Below, one piece after another: positions 1-9,514 of a stretch of DNA of 32,000 nucleotides. The stretch comes from Thermoproteus tenax Kra 1. Its GTDB lineage: Archaea; Thermoproteota; Thermoprotei; Thermoproteales; Thermoproteaceae. Under the pieces are notes generated by a model that saw only the letters and a list, made by a program, of their open reading frames with translations, was not told where the DNA came from and searched no databases. The stretch is from NCBI RefSeq assembly GCF_000253055.1, contig NC_016070.1, forward strand, positions 300,001-332,000, given 5' to 3'. The stretch's first letter is position 1. Every line of letters starts with the position of its first letter. Position numbers and translations under genes: made by a program.

Positions 1-979
1 GCAATAAGATTATCAGAGGAATGAAGACGGCCATGACTATATCTGTGCCTAGGCCGAAGGGCATATCGGCCATCTTATAGATGAACAAGAAGAACCACGG
101 CGGATAGGCTGGGAAGCCGGCGGCTTGGGGACTCGTCGGCGAGGGACCTGGATACGGCGAGAACAACACAGGCGTGGCGTTGACTATGCCGGGGAGCTGG
201 AGGAATGAGGGCACGAACAATATAATGCCCCAGGTCAAGAACACGATGCCCGTCATAAAGATGAAGTTCCTGGGCCACCACGGCTTTATCCTAGGGTCGT
301 TCCTCTGAAGAACGGCCGGGGCCTTGTAACCCACCTCGGCTGGCTCCGGCGCGAAGCCGTTCTGCTCCGCCAGATAGAAGTGGAGCACGAAGAAAAGTAT
401 GATCGCGGCGGCGAGGATTATATGCCAGCCGAGGAACCTCAGATAGGTCGCAGCGCTTCCGCCTGCGCCGAATATGACGGGTATCAGCCCGCTTAACCCA
501 ATGGACGAAACTACGGCTTTGCCCACATCTACGGCGTCCACCGACAACACATCGCCGGTCAGAGAATAGCCCAGGAAGGCGGTGCCTAGGGTTATGGCAA
601 ATAGCAATACGCCGAGGACCCACTGGGCCCCCCTAGGACGTTTGTAGTTGCCTCGGAAGAACTCGTAGAGGCCGTGTATATAGACGGCGAAGATCATTAT
701 ATATGCTCCATAGAGATGGGAGGGGAGCAGTATTTTGCCGAACGGGATGTTGCCCAAGATGTACATAGTGGACTGATAGGCGCTTGCCGGCTCATAGTAC
801 AACATCAACAACAGCCCTGTTATCGCCTGCCAAATTAGGGCCGATGTAGCTATGGCCCCGAGCCAGTACTCTATGCTGAACATGTAGTCTGGCACCCCCA
901 TAAACGGCACATCTCTGAGGTGGAACACATCGGCGATCCAGTCGGAGATCCTCTCTATCAAGCCGCGCCTCTGGGACAT
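1..979 (-). CDS. Cytochrome b (bc1-like/SoxN-type) subunit, C-terminus cut by window start
   Basis: Minus-strand reading from ATG at 979 gives MSQRRGLIERISDWIADVFHLRDVPFMGVPDYMFSIEYWLGAIATSALIWQAITGLLLMLYYEP..., typical of the cytochrome b N-terminus; directly downstream of the Rieske gene. Not in the ORF track because it runs off the window. Confidence 0.88.
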   Translation of the reverse strand, partial: MSQRRGLIERISDWIADVFHLRDVPFMGVPDYMFSIEYWLGAIATSALIWQAITGLLLMLYYEPASAYQSTMYILGNIPFGKILLPSHLYGAYIMIFAVYIHGLYEFFRGNYKRPRGAQWVLGVLLFAITLGTAFLGYSLTGDVLSVDAVDVGKAVVSSIGLSGLIPVIFGAGGSAATYLRFLGWHIILAAAIILFFVLHFYLAEQNGFAPEPAEVGYKAPAVLQRNDPRIKPWWPRNFIFMTGIVFLTWGIILFVPSFLQLPGIVNATPVLFSPYPGPSPTSPQAAGFPAYPPWFFLFIYKMADMPFGLGTDIVMAVFIPLIILL

Positions 980-982
980 AGC

Positions 983-1768
983 CTATCCAAGCGCAGGGTT
1001 CTGATAGAAGTTGACTACGGTCTGAGTGCCTTTGATCGGAGTGCCTCCCTGCAGATCGCCCACTGGATTGTTCACTACTTCCTGCGTTGGATTAGTGAAG
1101 CCAGGATGGCCGAAGACGACAGGTCCGATCATCCCGACGGCGTATAGCTGGTCCGTTGAGGGATCCCACTGGAGTATCACGGCGGGGAGCGGCGCTACAG
1201 CCGGGCCCGTTATGACGGCTCCGCCCTTGTACGGATCATACGTCGAGCCGTGGCAGTTGCAGTGGAGGACTCTGTCCATAGGGCCCTTGATTGTGATGGC
1301 CTTGCGTCCCGGCGGATAGAAGGTCATCTCGGGGAAGGTACAGCCGGCGTGTTGACATATAGCGCTGTAGGCCACTATGGACTTGTGGGGCCCCACGCCG
1401 CCTGGGAACGTATACGTGGCGCCAGTCTGAGGCACTGTCACTTTGACGGGGGGTACTGCCACCGGATTGTTGTTCTCATCGCCTAGATTTAGCAAGAAGA
1501 CCGGCTCGTTGCTCAAGGGATAGTTGAACATGGCGATCTTCGGCTGGGCGTTCACAGGTATATCCGAGGCCTTGATCGGGTTGCCGTTTTCATCGACCAA
1601 CAACAGCTTGGGGAACTCCGAGATGCTCTCTATAGGCGGCATCAAAAACTCCAGCCCCCTCAAAAGCCCCACGGTGACGCTTAGGCCCGCCAGAAGTATT
1701 ATCCCCTGGAGCAGCCTGCGCCTCGACTCGTCTACGGGCAGACCCTGAGAGGTATTTGTACCCTCCAT
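983..1768 (-). CDS. Rieske [2Fe-2S] iron-sulfur protein with Tat-like signal
   Basis: Cluster motifs CQHAGC and CNCHGS; N-terminal SRRRLLQG followed by a hydrophobic stretch. Confidence 0.93.
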   Translation of the reverse strand: MEGTNTSQGLPVDESRRRLLQGIILLAGLSVTVGLLRGLEFLMPPIESISEFPKLLLVDENGNPIKASDIPVNAQPKIAMFNYPLSNEPVFLLNLGDENNNPVAVPPVKVTVPQTGATYTFPGGVGPHKSIVAYSAICQHAGCTFPEMTFYPPGRKAITIKGPMDRVLHCNCHGSTYDPYKGGAVITGPAVAPLPAVILQWDPSTDQLYAVGMIGPVVFGHPGFTNPTQEVVNNPVGDLQGGTPIKGTQTVVNFYQNPALG

Positions 1769-1803
1769 TAGCTCTTCTCCTCAATCAAATATTTTTAAAT
1801 ATT

Positions 1804-1826
1804 TTTCTAAATTAATTAGAAAAAAA
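1804..1826. promoter_or_regulatory. AT-rich inverted repeat TTTTTCTAA-attaa-TTAGAAAAA in divergent promoter
   Basis: 9-bp perfect arms with 5-nt centre between divergent Rieske and CbsA-like genes. Confidence 0.5.
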
Positions 1827-1935
1827 TGATATAAATATAGAAAAGGTACTTGTCCTATTCTCTTCCTAATCGTTTCCTATTAAATCAGATTAAAATAAAG
1901 ATTTAATTCAAATTTTTCTATTGTTTATCTGGAAA

Positions 1936-1946
1936 TTTTTAAATAT
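1936..1946 (+). promoter_or_regulatory. Putative TATA box for the CbsA-like gene
   Basis: tttttaaatat about 27 nt upstream of ATG at 1969. Confidence 0.5.
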
Positions 1947-1968
1947 CGAATTTACTATATAACATTTT

Positions 1969-3405
1969 ATGCGGCATAATCCGGGCTCCAAGTTGGGACG
2001 CCACAAGGCGTTGTTGCTCCTGGCGCTCGTGGGCATCGTCGGAGCCCTCTATGTCCTTGCGCCGCTCCCGCTGGCGCAGGCGCCCAGCGGGATAGTGGCG
2101 TATAAGGTAGTCGGAAGCGCCAATTTACGGAGACCTGGCACTGAGAGCTTCTGGCAGAATATACCTTGGTACAACGTGACGTTGGTCCCCAATTTGAACC
2201 AACAGATGATACCTGTGTTGGCCAACGTCCCCACATCGGGCGCCGTGCCGTATCTGATGGTCAAAGCGGCTTGGAACGGGACCGACATAATCATCCTGCT
2301 CAAATGGCCGGACCCCTACGGCCCCAGCTACGCTGGACCTGCATCGATAGCAGGTCCGGGCCACTGGCCTCTAGTGTATAACCCCAACGGACCCCTTAAC
2401 ATGACCTTCCTCCAGCTTTTGACGAGCACATTCCACAAGAAGTACTTCGTTATAAACTCCAGCTACGCTGTTATCAAGGGCTCTCCGAGGCCCATGGAAT
2501 ACGTCCTAGCCTATATGGCTCCGCACTACGGCGTTTACTTCTACGGCTATTACGTAAATCTGACCAGCGGGCACTACTATCCTGACAGAGCGGCTATAAT
2601 GTGGTACATGGGCTCCCAGCAGAGCCCCAGCGACTGTATGAACATAGGAGGCGGACACCCGAACTTCGCCGTGGGAGGCCAGCTGGGCCAGCTAATGCAG
2701 AGCTACCTGGGGAGCAACGTGGAGCCAAACACCGGAGGCTCGTTGAGCTCGGGCGCCGCCGATATATGGGAGTGGATCTCTGGAGCCACGGATCCGAAGG
2801 GCGACAACTTCAACTACTTCACTAATGCGACGTGGGACGTGGAGAACGGAATAAGCCAAGCCGCTGCCGAGCAGTTCGCCGCGGCTCCGCACGGATTCTT
2901 CATACACTTGTTCGCCAATCAGACGGGCTTGTACGACGTTGGCGACGGCGGCATCTGGTACCCCAACGCCACAGGGCCTGAGCCTGGATACTTCAGCGGC
3001 TACACAGGCGCCGTCTACGAGAACGGGTATTGGGTCGTCGAATTTGTGAGATCTCTACAAGCCACTATGCCCGACACAGTGAACTTAGTGCCGGGGCAGA
3101 CGTACGATGTAGCGTTCGCTGTCTGGGCCGGCAAAGCCGGCGAGACCAGCTGGGATAAATCCATATCGCCCTCCTTTATACCTTTGACTATAGCCACGAC
3201 GCCTCCTCCGACGACGACCACGACTGCTACCTCCACGACCACCTCCTCTGCAGCTCCGTCGACTACGTCCGCTCCGCCTACGACCACTGCAGTCTCCGGA
3301 GTGCCGTGGTCTGTTGTAACTGCGGCGATAGCAGGTATAATAATCGCCGTCATCGCCATCGCGATCGTGTTCGTAGCAGTACATAGAAAAGTACAAACGA
3401 AATAG
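1969..3405 (+). CDS. CbsA-like / ethylbenzene-dehydrogenase-related haem-binding protein, secreted and C-terminally anchored
   Basis: N-terminal signal segment, body resembling the DMSO-reductase-gamma/EB_dh domain (VKAAWNGTDIIILLKWPDP), Thr/Ser/Pro-rich linker TTPPPTTTTTATSTTTSS..., C-terminal TM helix; next to Rieske/cyt b as in Sulfolobales cbsAB-soxLN clusters. Confidence 0.65.
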   Translation: MRHNPGSKLGRHKALLLLALVGIVGALYVLAPLPLAQAPSGIVAYKVVGSANLRRPGTESFWQNIPWYNVTLVPNLNQQMIPVLANVPTSGAVPYLMVKAAWNGTDIIILLKWPDPYGPSYAGPASIAGPGHWPLVYNPNGPLNMTFLQLLTSTFHKKYFVINSSYAVIKGSPRPMEYVLAYMAPHYGVYFYGYYVNLTSGHYYPDRAAIMWYMGSQQSPSDCMNIGGGHPNFAVGGQLGQLMQSYLGSNVEPNTGGSLSSGAADIWEWISGATDPKGDNFNYFTNATWDVENGISQAAAEQFAAAPHGFFIHLFANQTGLYDVGDGGIWYPNATGPEPGYFSGYTGAVYENGYWVVEFVRSLQATMPDTVNLVPGQTYDVAFAVWAGKAGETSWDKSISPSFIPLTIATTPPPTTTTTATSTTTSSAAPSTTSAPPTTTAVSGVPWSVVTAAIAGIIIAVIAIAIVFVAVHRKVQTK

Positions 3406-3503
3406 AAATGATTTTTAAAAAAATAAATTATTATTTTTTTATTGTTCTAATTTTTAGTATTCTTTATATTTTACAATATATATTTAGAACTTTTCTGGGA
3501 CCA

Positions 3504-4349
3504 ATGATGCCCTTCCTTCCAAGCGGCGCCGCCGACGTGGCCCCCTTCCTGTTAGTCGGCACCTTCGCTGTGGCGGGTCTGGCCGTAGCCGCCCCGTGGC
3601 TTATATATGAGTCCGATGCCCCCTTGAGGCTTCCAACGTTTGCAATGACCTTGGCCTTGGTCTGGGGCGGCGTACTATTGAGCTTCATATATCCTCGTTA
3701 TACATTCAACCAGATCTGGGTAGCGCTGAACATGGCCTACGCGGCTCTTGCGGCCGGGCTCGCAGTTTGGGCCGCGGCCAGATTGGGGCGCAGAGGCGTC
3801 TATCTGTGGCCCCTCACGGCTCTCGCGACCCTCTCCTCCGCCCTCTATCTGGTCCAAGTGTCGGTGGCATACTTCGGCGTCGCCGTGGGGGCTTGGACTA
3901 TCTATGTGCCCTACGTCATGTTGTATCTAGCTCTGGCAGGCTTGGCGGGGCTTATGGCCATGGCGCTCGCCGGCCTGAGACCCAACTTGAGGATCGCCGT
4001 GGGCTACGCCGCAAGCCTCCTCATCGGGCTGGGCATGGCGATCCCGCTCTACGAGCTCACTGCGTCAAACGCCTTCATGCAACATATAATTGACATGGTC
4101 TTCGCCATGGGGCTCGGCGTTGTGACGACCCCCAGCTCGATACCTCTGGCCGCAGTATTTATGGGCCTCTACGTGGCCGCCCTGCTCATGTTGGCCGTGC
4201 GCTCTGCGGCAGAGGGGCCGTTCTATGGAGGAGCTGCGCTGGCCGGACTGGTCTACGCCACAAGCTCTTTCACCAACCACTCGATCCCCATATACTTCGC
4301 CTCAGTGATAGCGGCCTCCCTCGCGCTAGCGAACCTTGCCGAGTATTAG
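3504..4349 (+). CDS. Polytopic membrane protein, CbsB-like partner (ORF extends upstream to 3408)
   Basis: Multiple hydrophobic segments; follows the CbsA-like gene. Start at 3504 preferred because atatatattta lies about 27 nt upstream and 3408-3503 is abnormally AT-rich. Confidence 0.55.
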   Translation: MMPFLPSGAADVAPFLLVGTFAVAGLAVAAPWLIYESDAPLRLPTFAMTLALVWGGVLLSFIYPRYTFNQIWVALNMAYAALAAGLAVWAAARLGRRGVYLWPLTALATLSSALYLVQVSVAYFGVAVGAWTIYVPYVMLYLALAGLAGLMAMALAGLRPNLRIAVGYAASLLIGLGMAIPLYELTASNAFMQHIIDMVFAMGLGVVTTPSSIPLAAVFMGLYVAALLMLAVRSAAEGPFYGGAALAGLVYATSSFTNHSIPIYFASVIAASLALANLAEY

Positions 4350-4397
4350 TCAAAAATATGACACAAAGAATAAAACCTCTATTTTATTACCGAAATA

Positions 4398-4742
4398 ATG
4401 CAGAATGGAGCCAGGGAGAAGGCCCTAAATAGGGGGGAGGAGTGCCCGTACCACGCGGCCGCCTTGTGGCTTTTCGTGAGCTCCAAGGGCGCGCCCATCC
4501 GTCGGTCCATTATGGCCCTCCTGAGGAAGAGGCCCATGAACGCCAACGAGATAGCTAGCCTCTTGGGCGTGGACTACAGATCGGCAAGACACCATCTTGA
4601 AATATTGGAGAAATACGGCTTCGTCAAAAGGTTGAACAACGACTACGGCGCGCCCTATTTTCTGCCCGACGAGGTCTACAAAAACTGGGACAAGCTAGTG
4701 GACTTGCTCAAAAGCCACGGAGTCGATATTGAGGGCGACTAG
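4398..4742 (+). CDS. ArsR-like winged helix-turn-helix transcriptional regulator
   Basis: KRPMNANEIASLLGVDYRSARHHLEILEKYGFVKR is a typical wHTH. Confidence 0.75.
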   Translation: MQNGAREKALNRGEECPYHAAALWLFVSSKGAPIRRSIMALLRKRPMNANEIASLLGVDYRSARHHLEILEKYGFVKRLNNDYGAPYFLPDEVYKNWDKLVDLLKSHGVDIEGD

Positions 4743-5368
4743 ACTCTCTGCGAGGCGCAGGCCGACAGATCTCCGCGGGTCACAGTCTGCCAGAAGGCGC
4801 ACTCGTACGTCTGTATGGCCCTAGCAATGAACCGGTACCTCCCCCAGTCTAGATAACGTTGGGCGATGACCTCGGCTGCCTCTGTGAGCTGTTCGTAGGG
4901 GCCTGCGAACATGTCGAGGAACCTCGTGGACCTAACGCCGAGCTCCCTCGCCTTGGCCGAAAGTATTGCGCAAGCCTCACCCCATACGGGCAGATTCACA
5001 GTCATGGCTACGGCCAAGTCGCCCATGCTGCCGTGTAGAGCCAGCCAGGAGAGGAAATGCGTATAAGCTACGGCGAAGGGGCTCAGGCGCGCCCAGTCGA
5101 GCTGGACTCCGAGCTCCCCCGCTAGGTCTCTCAGAGCTCCGAGGGCTGTGTAGTCTCCGTCGATCAAGCCTTTGACGAAGGCGTACTCGTCGGGCGCAGA
5201 GGCCTTGGCCATCGCGGCCGACAGAGCTTTGAGGTCGTGTGGGACGATGTAGAGCTGATTGACGACGAAGGCCTTGAGCGCCTCTGCGTCGGCCCTCTTG
5301 GCCGCCTCCAGCGCCGCCGCGTTCAGAGGCCTCAGCTCCTCCCTCAGAGTCTCGATTACGCGGGCCAT
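4739..5368 (-). CDS. TenA-family-like protein (divergent copy)
   Basis: All-helical protein with YTHFLSWLALHGSMGDLAVAMTVNLPVWGEAC and YECAFWQTV; overlaps the following clear TenA homolog. Confidence 0.6.
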   Translation of the reverse strand: MARVIETLREELRPLNAAALEAAKRADAEALKAFVVNQLYIVPHDLKALSAAMAKASAPDEYAFVKGLIDGDYTALGALRDLAGELGVQLDWARLSPFAVAYTHFLSWLALHGSMGDLAVAMTVNLPVWGEACAILSAKARELGVRSTRFLDMFAGPYEQLTEAAEVIAQRYLDWGRYRFIARAIQTYECAFWQTVTRGDLSACASQRV

Positions 5369-6009
5369 GACTCCCCCGAGTGAGCCGCCTCCCAGAACAT
5401 CAGCTCGTACACTGAGGCGGTTCTGAAGGGCCCGGCGACCTCCTCCAGACGCGGCGAGAGGGACTCCAAGAGCTCTCTGAGCCTCCTCACTAGCGCCTTG
5501 TACTCAGAGCTCAGATAGACCGAGGCCCACCTCTTGTACAGCGGGACGGGATTGGAGGCAAGCAGCCCGGCGTGTCTCTCAGCTATGGCCTCGTAGGTCC
5601 AAAAACAGGGCAGAAGGGCGGAGAGACACTGGGCGAAGGAGCCGAGGGAGCAGACCGAGGAGAGATAGGACATATATGCGACGTTGGTGGGGTTGGGCCT
5701 AGTCCTTATCGCGTCCTCGAGAGTGAGCCCGAGCTCCCTCAAGAGGGACTCGTAGTTGGCCATCTCGCCGGTCAGCTCTCCGTGCGCCAGCTCCAACATA
5801 GCCTTCATGGAGGCCACGTCGGGCGCCCTCGCGGCCGCGAGCGCCAGAGCTCGGGCGAAGCCCACCAAGTAGTTGTAGTCCTGGAGGAGGTAGCCTTTGA
5901 ATTTCTCGAGGGGCAGATCGCCTCTATACAGCGAGACGACGAAGGGGTGCTCCAGTATGGCCCTCCAGACATCCTCGGAGCTCTCCCTAAGTCTCTCCGT
6001 CAGAGACAT
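5356..6009 (-). CDS. tenA: TenA/THI-4/PqqC family protein (aminopyrimidine aminohydrolase-like)
   Basis: HPFVVSLYRGDLPLEKFKGYLLQDYNYLVGFARALA and C-terminal YELMFWEAAHSGESWP match TenA. Confidence 0.8.
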   Translation of the reverse strand: MSLTERLRESSEDVWRAILEHPFVVSLYRGDLPLEKFKGYLLQDYNYLVGFARALALAAARAPDVASMKAMLELAHGELTGEMANYESLLRELGLTLEDAIRTRPNPTNVAYMSYLSSVCSLGSFAQCLSALLPCFWTYEAIAERHAGLLASNPVPLYKRWASVYLSSEYKALVRRLRELLESLSPRLEEVAGPFRTASVYELMFWEAAHSGESWPA

Positions 6010-6031
6010 AAAACTTATTGGAAATAGATTA

Positions 6032-8222
6032 TTAAGTTTTGAGTGCTCTGTACAACTCCTCGGGCCTCACAGGGGTGGACCTCAGCCTTATCCTTCTGCC
6101 CGAGGCCCTCCTCACAGCGTCTTCAACGGCCCTTATAGTGGCGGCGGCCGCCGATATGGTGGGCGCCTCTCCGACGCCCTTAGTGCCCGTTGGATGCGCC
6201 GAGGCGTGGGGGGCCTCTGGGAAGAAGTTCTCGTAGCGCGGCGCCTCGACAGCCTTGGGGATGTGGTAGAAGGCGAAGTTGGGCGTAACGAGATTGCCGT
6301 CTTGGTCGTATACAGCCTCCTCGTAGAGCACCTGCGAGATCCCTTGGAGCGCGCCGCCGTGTATCTGCCCCGCTACGAGGAGCGGGTTTACCACAACGCC
6401 AATATCGTCGTAGGACTTGAACAACAGAGGTCTGACCAGCCCTGTCTCCGGGTCCAGCTCTACGGCAACGACGGCGACGCCGTAGGGGAACGTGGCCTTG
6501 GCCTTGTATACCTCCAGCGCCTCCACTTGGGCCTTGACCTTTCCGCGGTAGACGGCCTCCACAAGATCTCCCAACGATATGCTTTTGTCGCCCGACTTGA
6601 AGACTCCGCCTGCGTACTCGGCGGGTCCGCCCAAGAGCTCCTCCGCAGCCCTCTTCAGCTCCGCCAACAGCCTCCTCGCGGGCGAGGATCGCTGCGGAGC
6701 CTCCCGCCGTCAGAGATCTGCTGCCGTCTGTGCCCAAGCCGTCGGGCACAGCGTCTGTATCGCCCCACACGACCCTCACCTTCTCTATGGGCAACTGCAG
6801 CTCGTCTGCGACCAGCTGGGCGATACCTGTGGCGTCCCCCTGGCCGTGAGGCGCTATGCCCACGGCCACCGTTATGCTCCCGTCGCGCTCCGCTCTGACT
6901 TTGGCCACCTCGTGGCCGTATGTGGTGATCTCCACGTAGAACGCAGCGCCTACGCCTATGTATCTCCCGCGCTTGGCCTCCTCCTCGGCCCATTTGACTA
7001 TCTCCCTATAGCCCAGTCTCTCCAGCCCTTTCTCCAGAGCCGCGATATACTCGCCTGAGTCGTACTCGAGGCCGAAGGGGTTTCTATAGGGGGCCCTCTC
7101 CACCAGGTTCCTCCTCCTCACCTCGATCGGATCCAGCCCGGTCTCGTCGGCTATCAGATCCATTATACGCTCTATGAAGAAAGTGGCCTCCGGCCTGCCG
7201 GCGCCTCTGTAGGGCCCGAGGGGCGGCTTGTTGGTCAAAACGGACACTGCCTCCAAGTCCAAGTCGGCGACTTTGTAGGCCGCGGGCAACATTGTGGCAG
7301 CTGTCGAGGCCAAGTCCAGAGCGAACCAGTCGTAGGCGCCTGCGTCGGCTATCACGACGCCGGCTATCGCCTTGAGGACGCCGTCCTTAGTGAAGCCGGC
7401 CTTGTATCTGAGTATCAGCCCTCTGCCGTGCGTCGACATTCTGAAGTCCTCAGAGCGCGTCGCCACCCATTTGACAGGCCTCCTCAGAGCCATGGCGGCC
7501 GCGGCCACGTTGACCTCCTCTGGATACACCTGTATCTTGGAGCCGAAGGCCCCGCCGACGTCTGGCTGCACCACCCTTATTGAGGACATAGGTATATCGA
7601 GGGCCCTGGCCAGCTCCCTTCTGACCACGTGGGGCTTCTGAGTCGAGTCGTAGACCAGTAGGTTTGCGCCGTCGTACGCCGCCAGCACTCCGTGGGGCTC
7701 CATGGGCGAGGGGACCACGCGGTCTACGTAGAGCTCCTCCTCAACTACTCTATCGGAGCTCTCCAGCGCTCTGCGCGCGTCGCCAGCAGTGTACCTCTCT
7801 CTTCTCGCCACGTTTGTGCCCCGCTCCTCGTCTATGATCGGGGCGCCTGGCTCCATGGCCCTCCTCGGGTCCAACACGGCCGGCAACGGCTCGTAGTCCA
7901 CGACCACCCTCTCCAGCGCGTCGTATAGCAGATATCTGTCGGTTGCCACGACCATGGCCACGGCCTCGCCCTGGTATCTGACCTTGCCGCCGGGGGCCAG
8001 GACGAAGGGCCTCCCGGCGGAAGGAGTAAAGACTGCGACGACTCCGGGCATCGCCAGAGCATCGGCCGCATCAACGCGCCTTACCCTGGCGTGGGCGTAG
8101 GGGGACCTCACGAAGCCTGCGTAGAGCTGGCCGGGGAGCTCTATGTCGTCGAGGTACCTCGCGCCGCCGTACAACAGTCTGTAGTCCTCCAGCCTCGGCA
8201 GAGGTCTGCCTACGTAGTTCAT
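6032..8222 (-). CDS. Molybdenum hydroxylase large (Mo-binding) subunit, xanthine dehydrogenase/CutA-like, interrupted by an apparent frameshift
   Basis: Start MNYVGRPLPRLEDYRLLYGGARYLDDIELPGQLYAGFVRSPYAHA... continues to GTDGSRSLTAGGSAAILA; the homologous C-terminus (RLLAELKRAAEELL...GTKGVGEAPTISAAAA) is in another frame (ORF 6032-6667). Switch near 6672-6687. Confidence 0.88.
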
Positions 8223-8659
8223 ACCGACTTCACCGCCTCAACTATGTTCTGATAGCCGGTGCATCTACACAGGACGCCGCTTATGGCCTCCCTTATCTCC
8301 TCCTCAGACGGCCTCGGGTTGGACTTAAGGAGCGCATAGGCCGATGTCAACATGCCCGAGGTGCAGAAGCCGCACTGGAGGGCGTGGCGTTGGTGGAAGG
8401 CCTCCTTCAGTTTGGTCATGAGCTCGTCGTTGTAGTCGGCCGTGATTATCTCTCCGCCGTCGGCCTGCACGGCGAGAATATTGCAGCTCTTCACAGGCAG
8501 CCCGTTCATCAACACTGTGCAAGCCCCGCAGTTGCCTGTGTCGCAGCCCACTCTCACGCTCTTTATGCCCAAATCGTCCCTCAAGAAGTGCACTAGGAGC
8601 TTCCTGGGCTCTACGTCCCGCTCGTACCAGACCCCGTTGACTTTGACTCTGACCCTCAT
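8219..8659 (-). CDS. Molybdenum hydroxylase small [2Fe-2S] subunit
   Basis: GCDTGNCGACTVLMNG and CGFCTSGM/CRCTGY motifs; ATGA overlaps with both neighbours. Confidence 0.93.
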   Translation of the reverse strand: MRVRVKVNGVWYERDVEPRKLLVHFLRDDLGIKSVRVGCDTGNCGACTVLMNGLPVKSCNILAVQADGGEIITADYNDELMTKLKEAFHQRHALQCGFCTSGMLTSAYALLKSNPRPSEEEIREAISGVLCRCTGYQNIVEAVKSV

Positions 8660-9492
8660 AGCCCCAGCGCCCTCCTCAACGACCTTTTGACGGCCACGCC
8701 CAACATGGCCCGCCTGTACTCAGCGCTGGCTCTGACGTCCCCCACGGGCTCCACCTCTCCTGCGGCTGCCTCGGCGGCTTTGAGCAAGAGGTCCTCAGAT
8801 ATCCTCCTCCCCCTCAGGACCTCCTCAGCCCTCTTGAGCCTCAACGGCCTCAGCCCCACGCCTGTCGCAGCAAGCCTTACGTCTTCGACGACCCCGTCCT
8901 TGGCCCAGACCGCGGCGGCGACGCCGGCTATCGCGAAGTCGTTGTGCCTCCTCGCTATTTTGACGTAGGAGGAGCTCGGCGGACACCTCATTCTGACCTC
9001 GACTATGACCTCCCCCTGTTGGAGCGCCGTGGCGTAGGGGCCTTGGAAGAATTCCTCCGCGGGGATCTCTCTGGGGCCGGACGGCCCCCTGGCCACTATG
9101 ACTCCGTCGAGGGCCAATACAACGGCCGGCCAGTCGGCGGCGGGATCGGCGTGGGCGAGGCTGCCCCCTATGGTCCCCATGGATCTGATCTGGGGATCGC
9201 CGATCTGCCGGGCCGCCTCAGGTATGGCTCCGCAGGGGCCCCTCCACTCCTCCAGCTCTCTGTGGGTCGCGAGAGCCCCCACGGCGAGCTCGCCCCCGCT
9301 GAGCCTTATATACTTCAACTCCTTAAGTCTCCCTATATCCACTAGCTTGCTCGGTGAGGCCAGCCTGAGCTTGAGGAGCGGTATCAAGCTCTGGCCCCCC
9401 GCGAGGGCCTTCGCGTTGGGGTCGCGGGACAGAGCCTCGATGGCGTCCTCGAGCGAGGACGCCCTGTAGTACTCGAAGGGCGGCGGTATCAT
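8656..9492 (-). CDS. Molybdenum hydroxylase medium FAD-binding subunit (ORF extends to 9510)
   Basis: AKALAGGQSLIPLLKLRLASP and IRSMGTIGGSLAHADPAAD motifs; ATG at 9492 has a TATA-like element (acttaaatag) about 23 nt upstream. Confidence 0.9.
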   Translation of the reverse strand: MIPPPFEYYRASSLEDAIEALSRDPNAKALAGGQSLIPLLKLRLASPSKLVDIGRLKELKYIRLSGGELAVGALATHRELEEWRGPCGAIPEAARQIGDPQIRSMGTIGGSLAHADPAADWPAVVLALDGVIVARGPSGPREIPAEEFFQGPYATALQQGEVIVEVRMRCPPSSSYVKIARRHNDFAIAGVAAAVWAKDGVVEDVRLAATGVGLRPLRLKRAEEVLRGRRISEDLLLKAAEAAAGEVEPVGDVRASAEYRRAMLGVAVKRSLRRALGL

Positions 9493-9514
9493 ACTACCGT
9501 GCGGCCACAACTAT

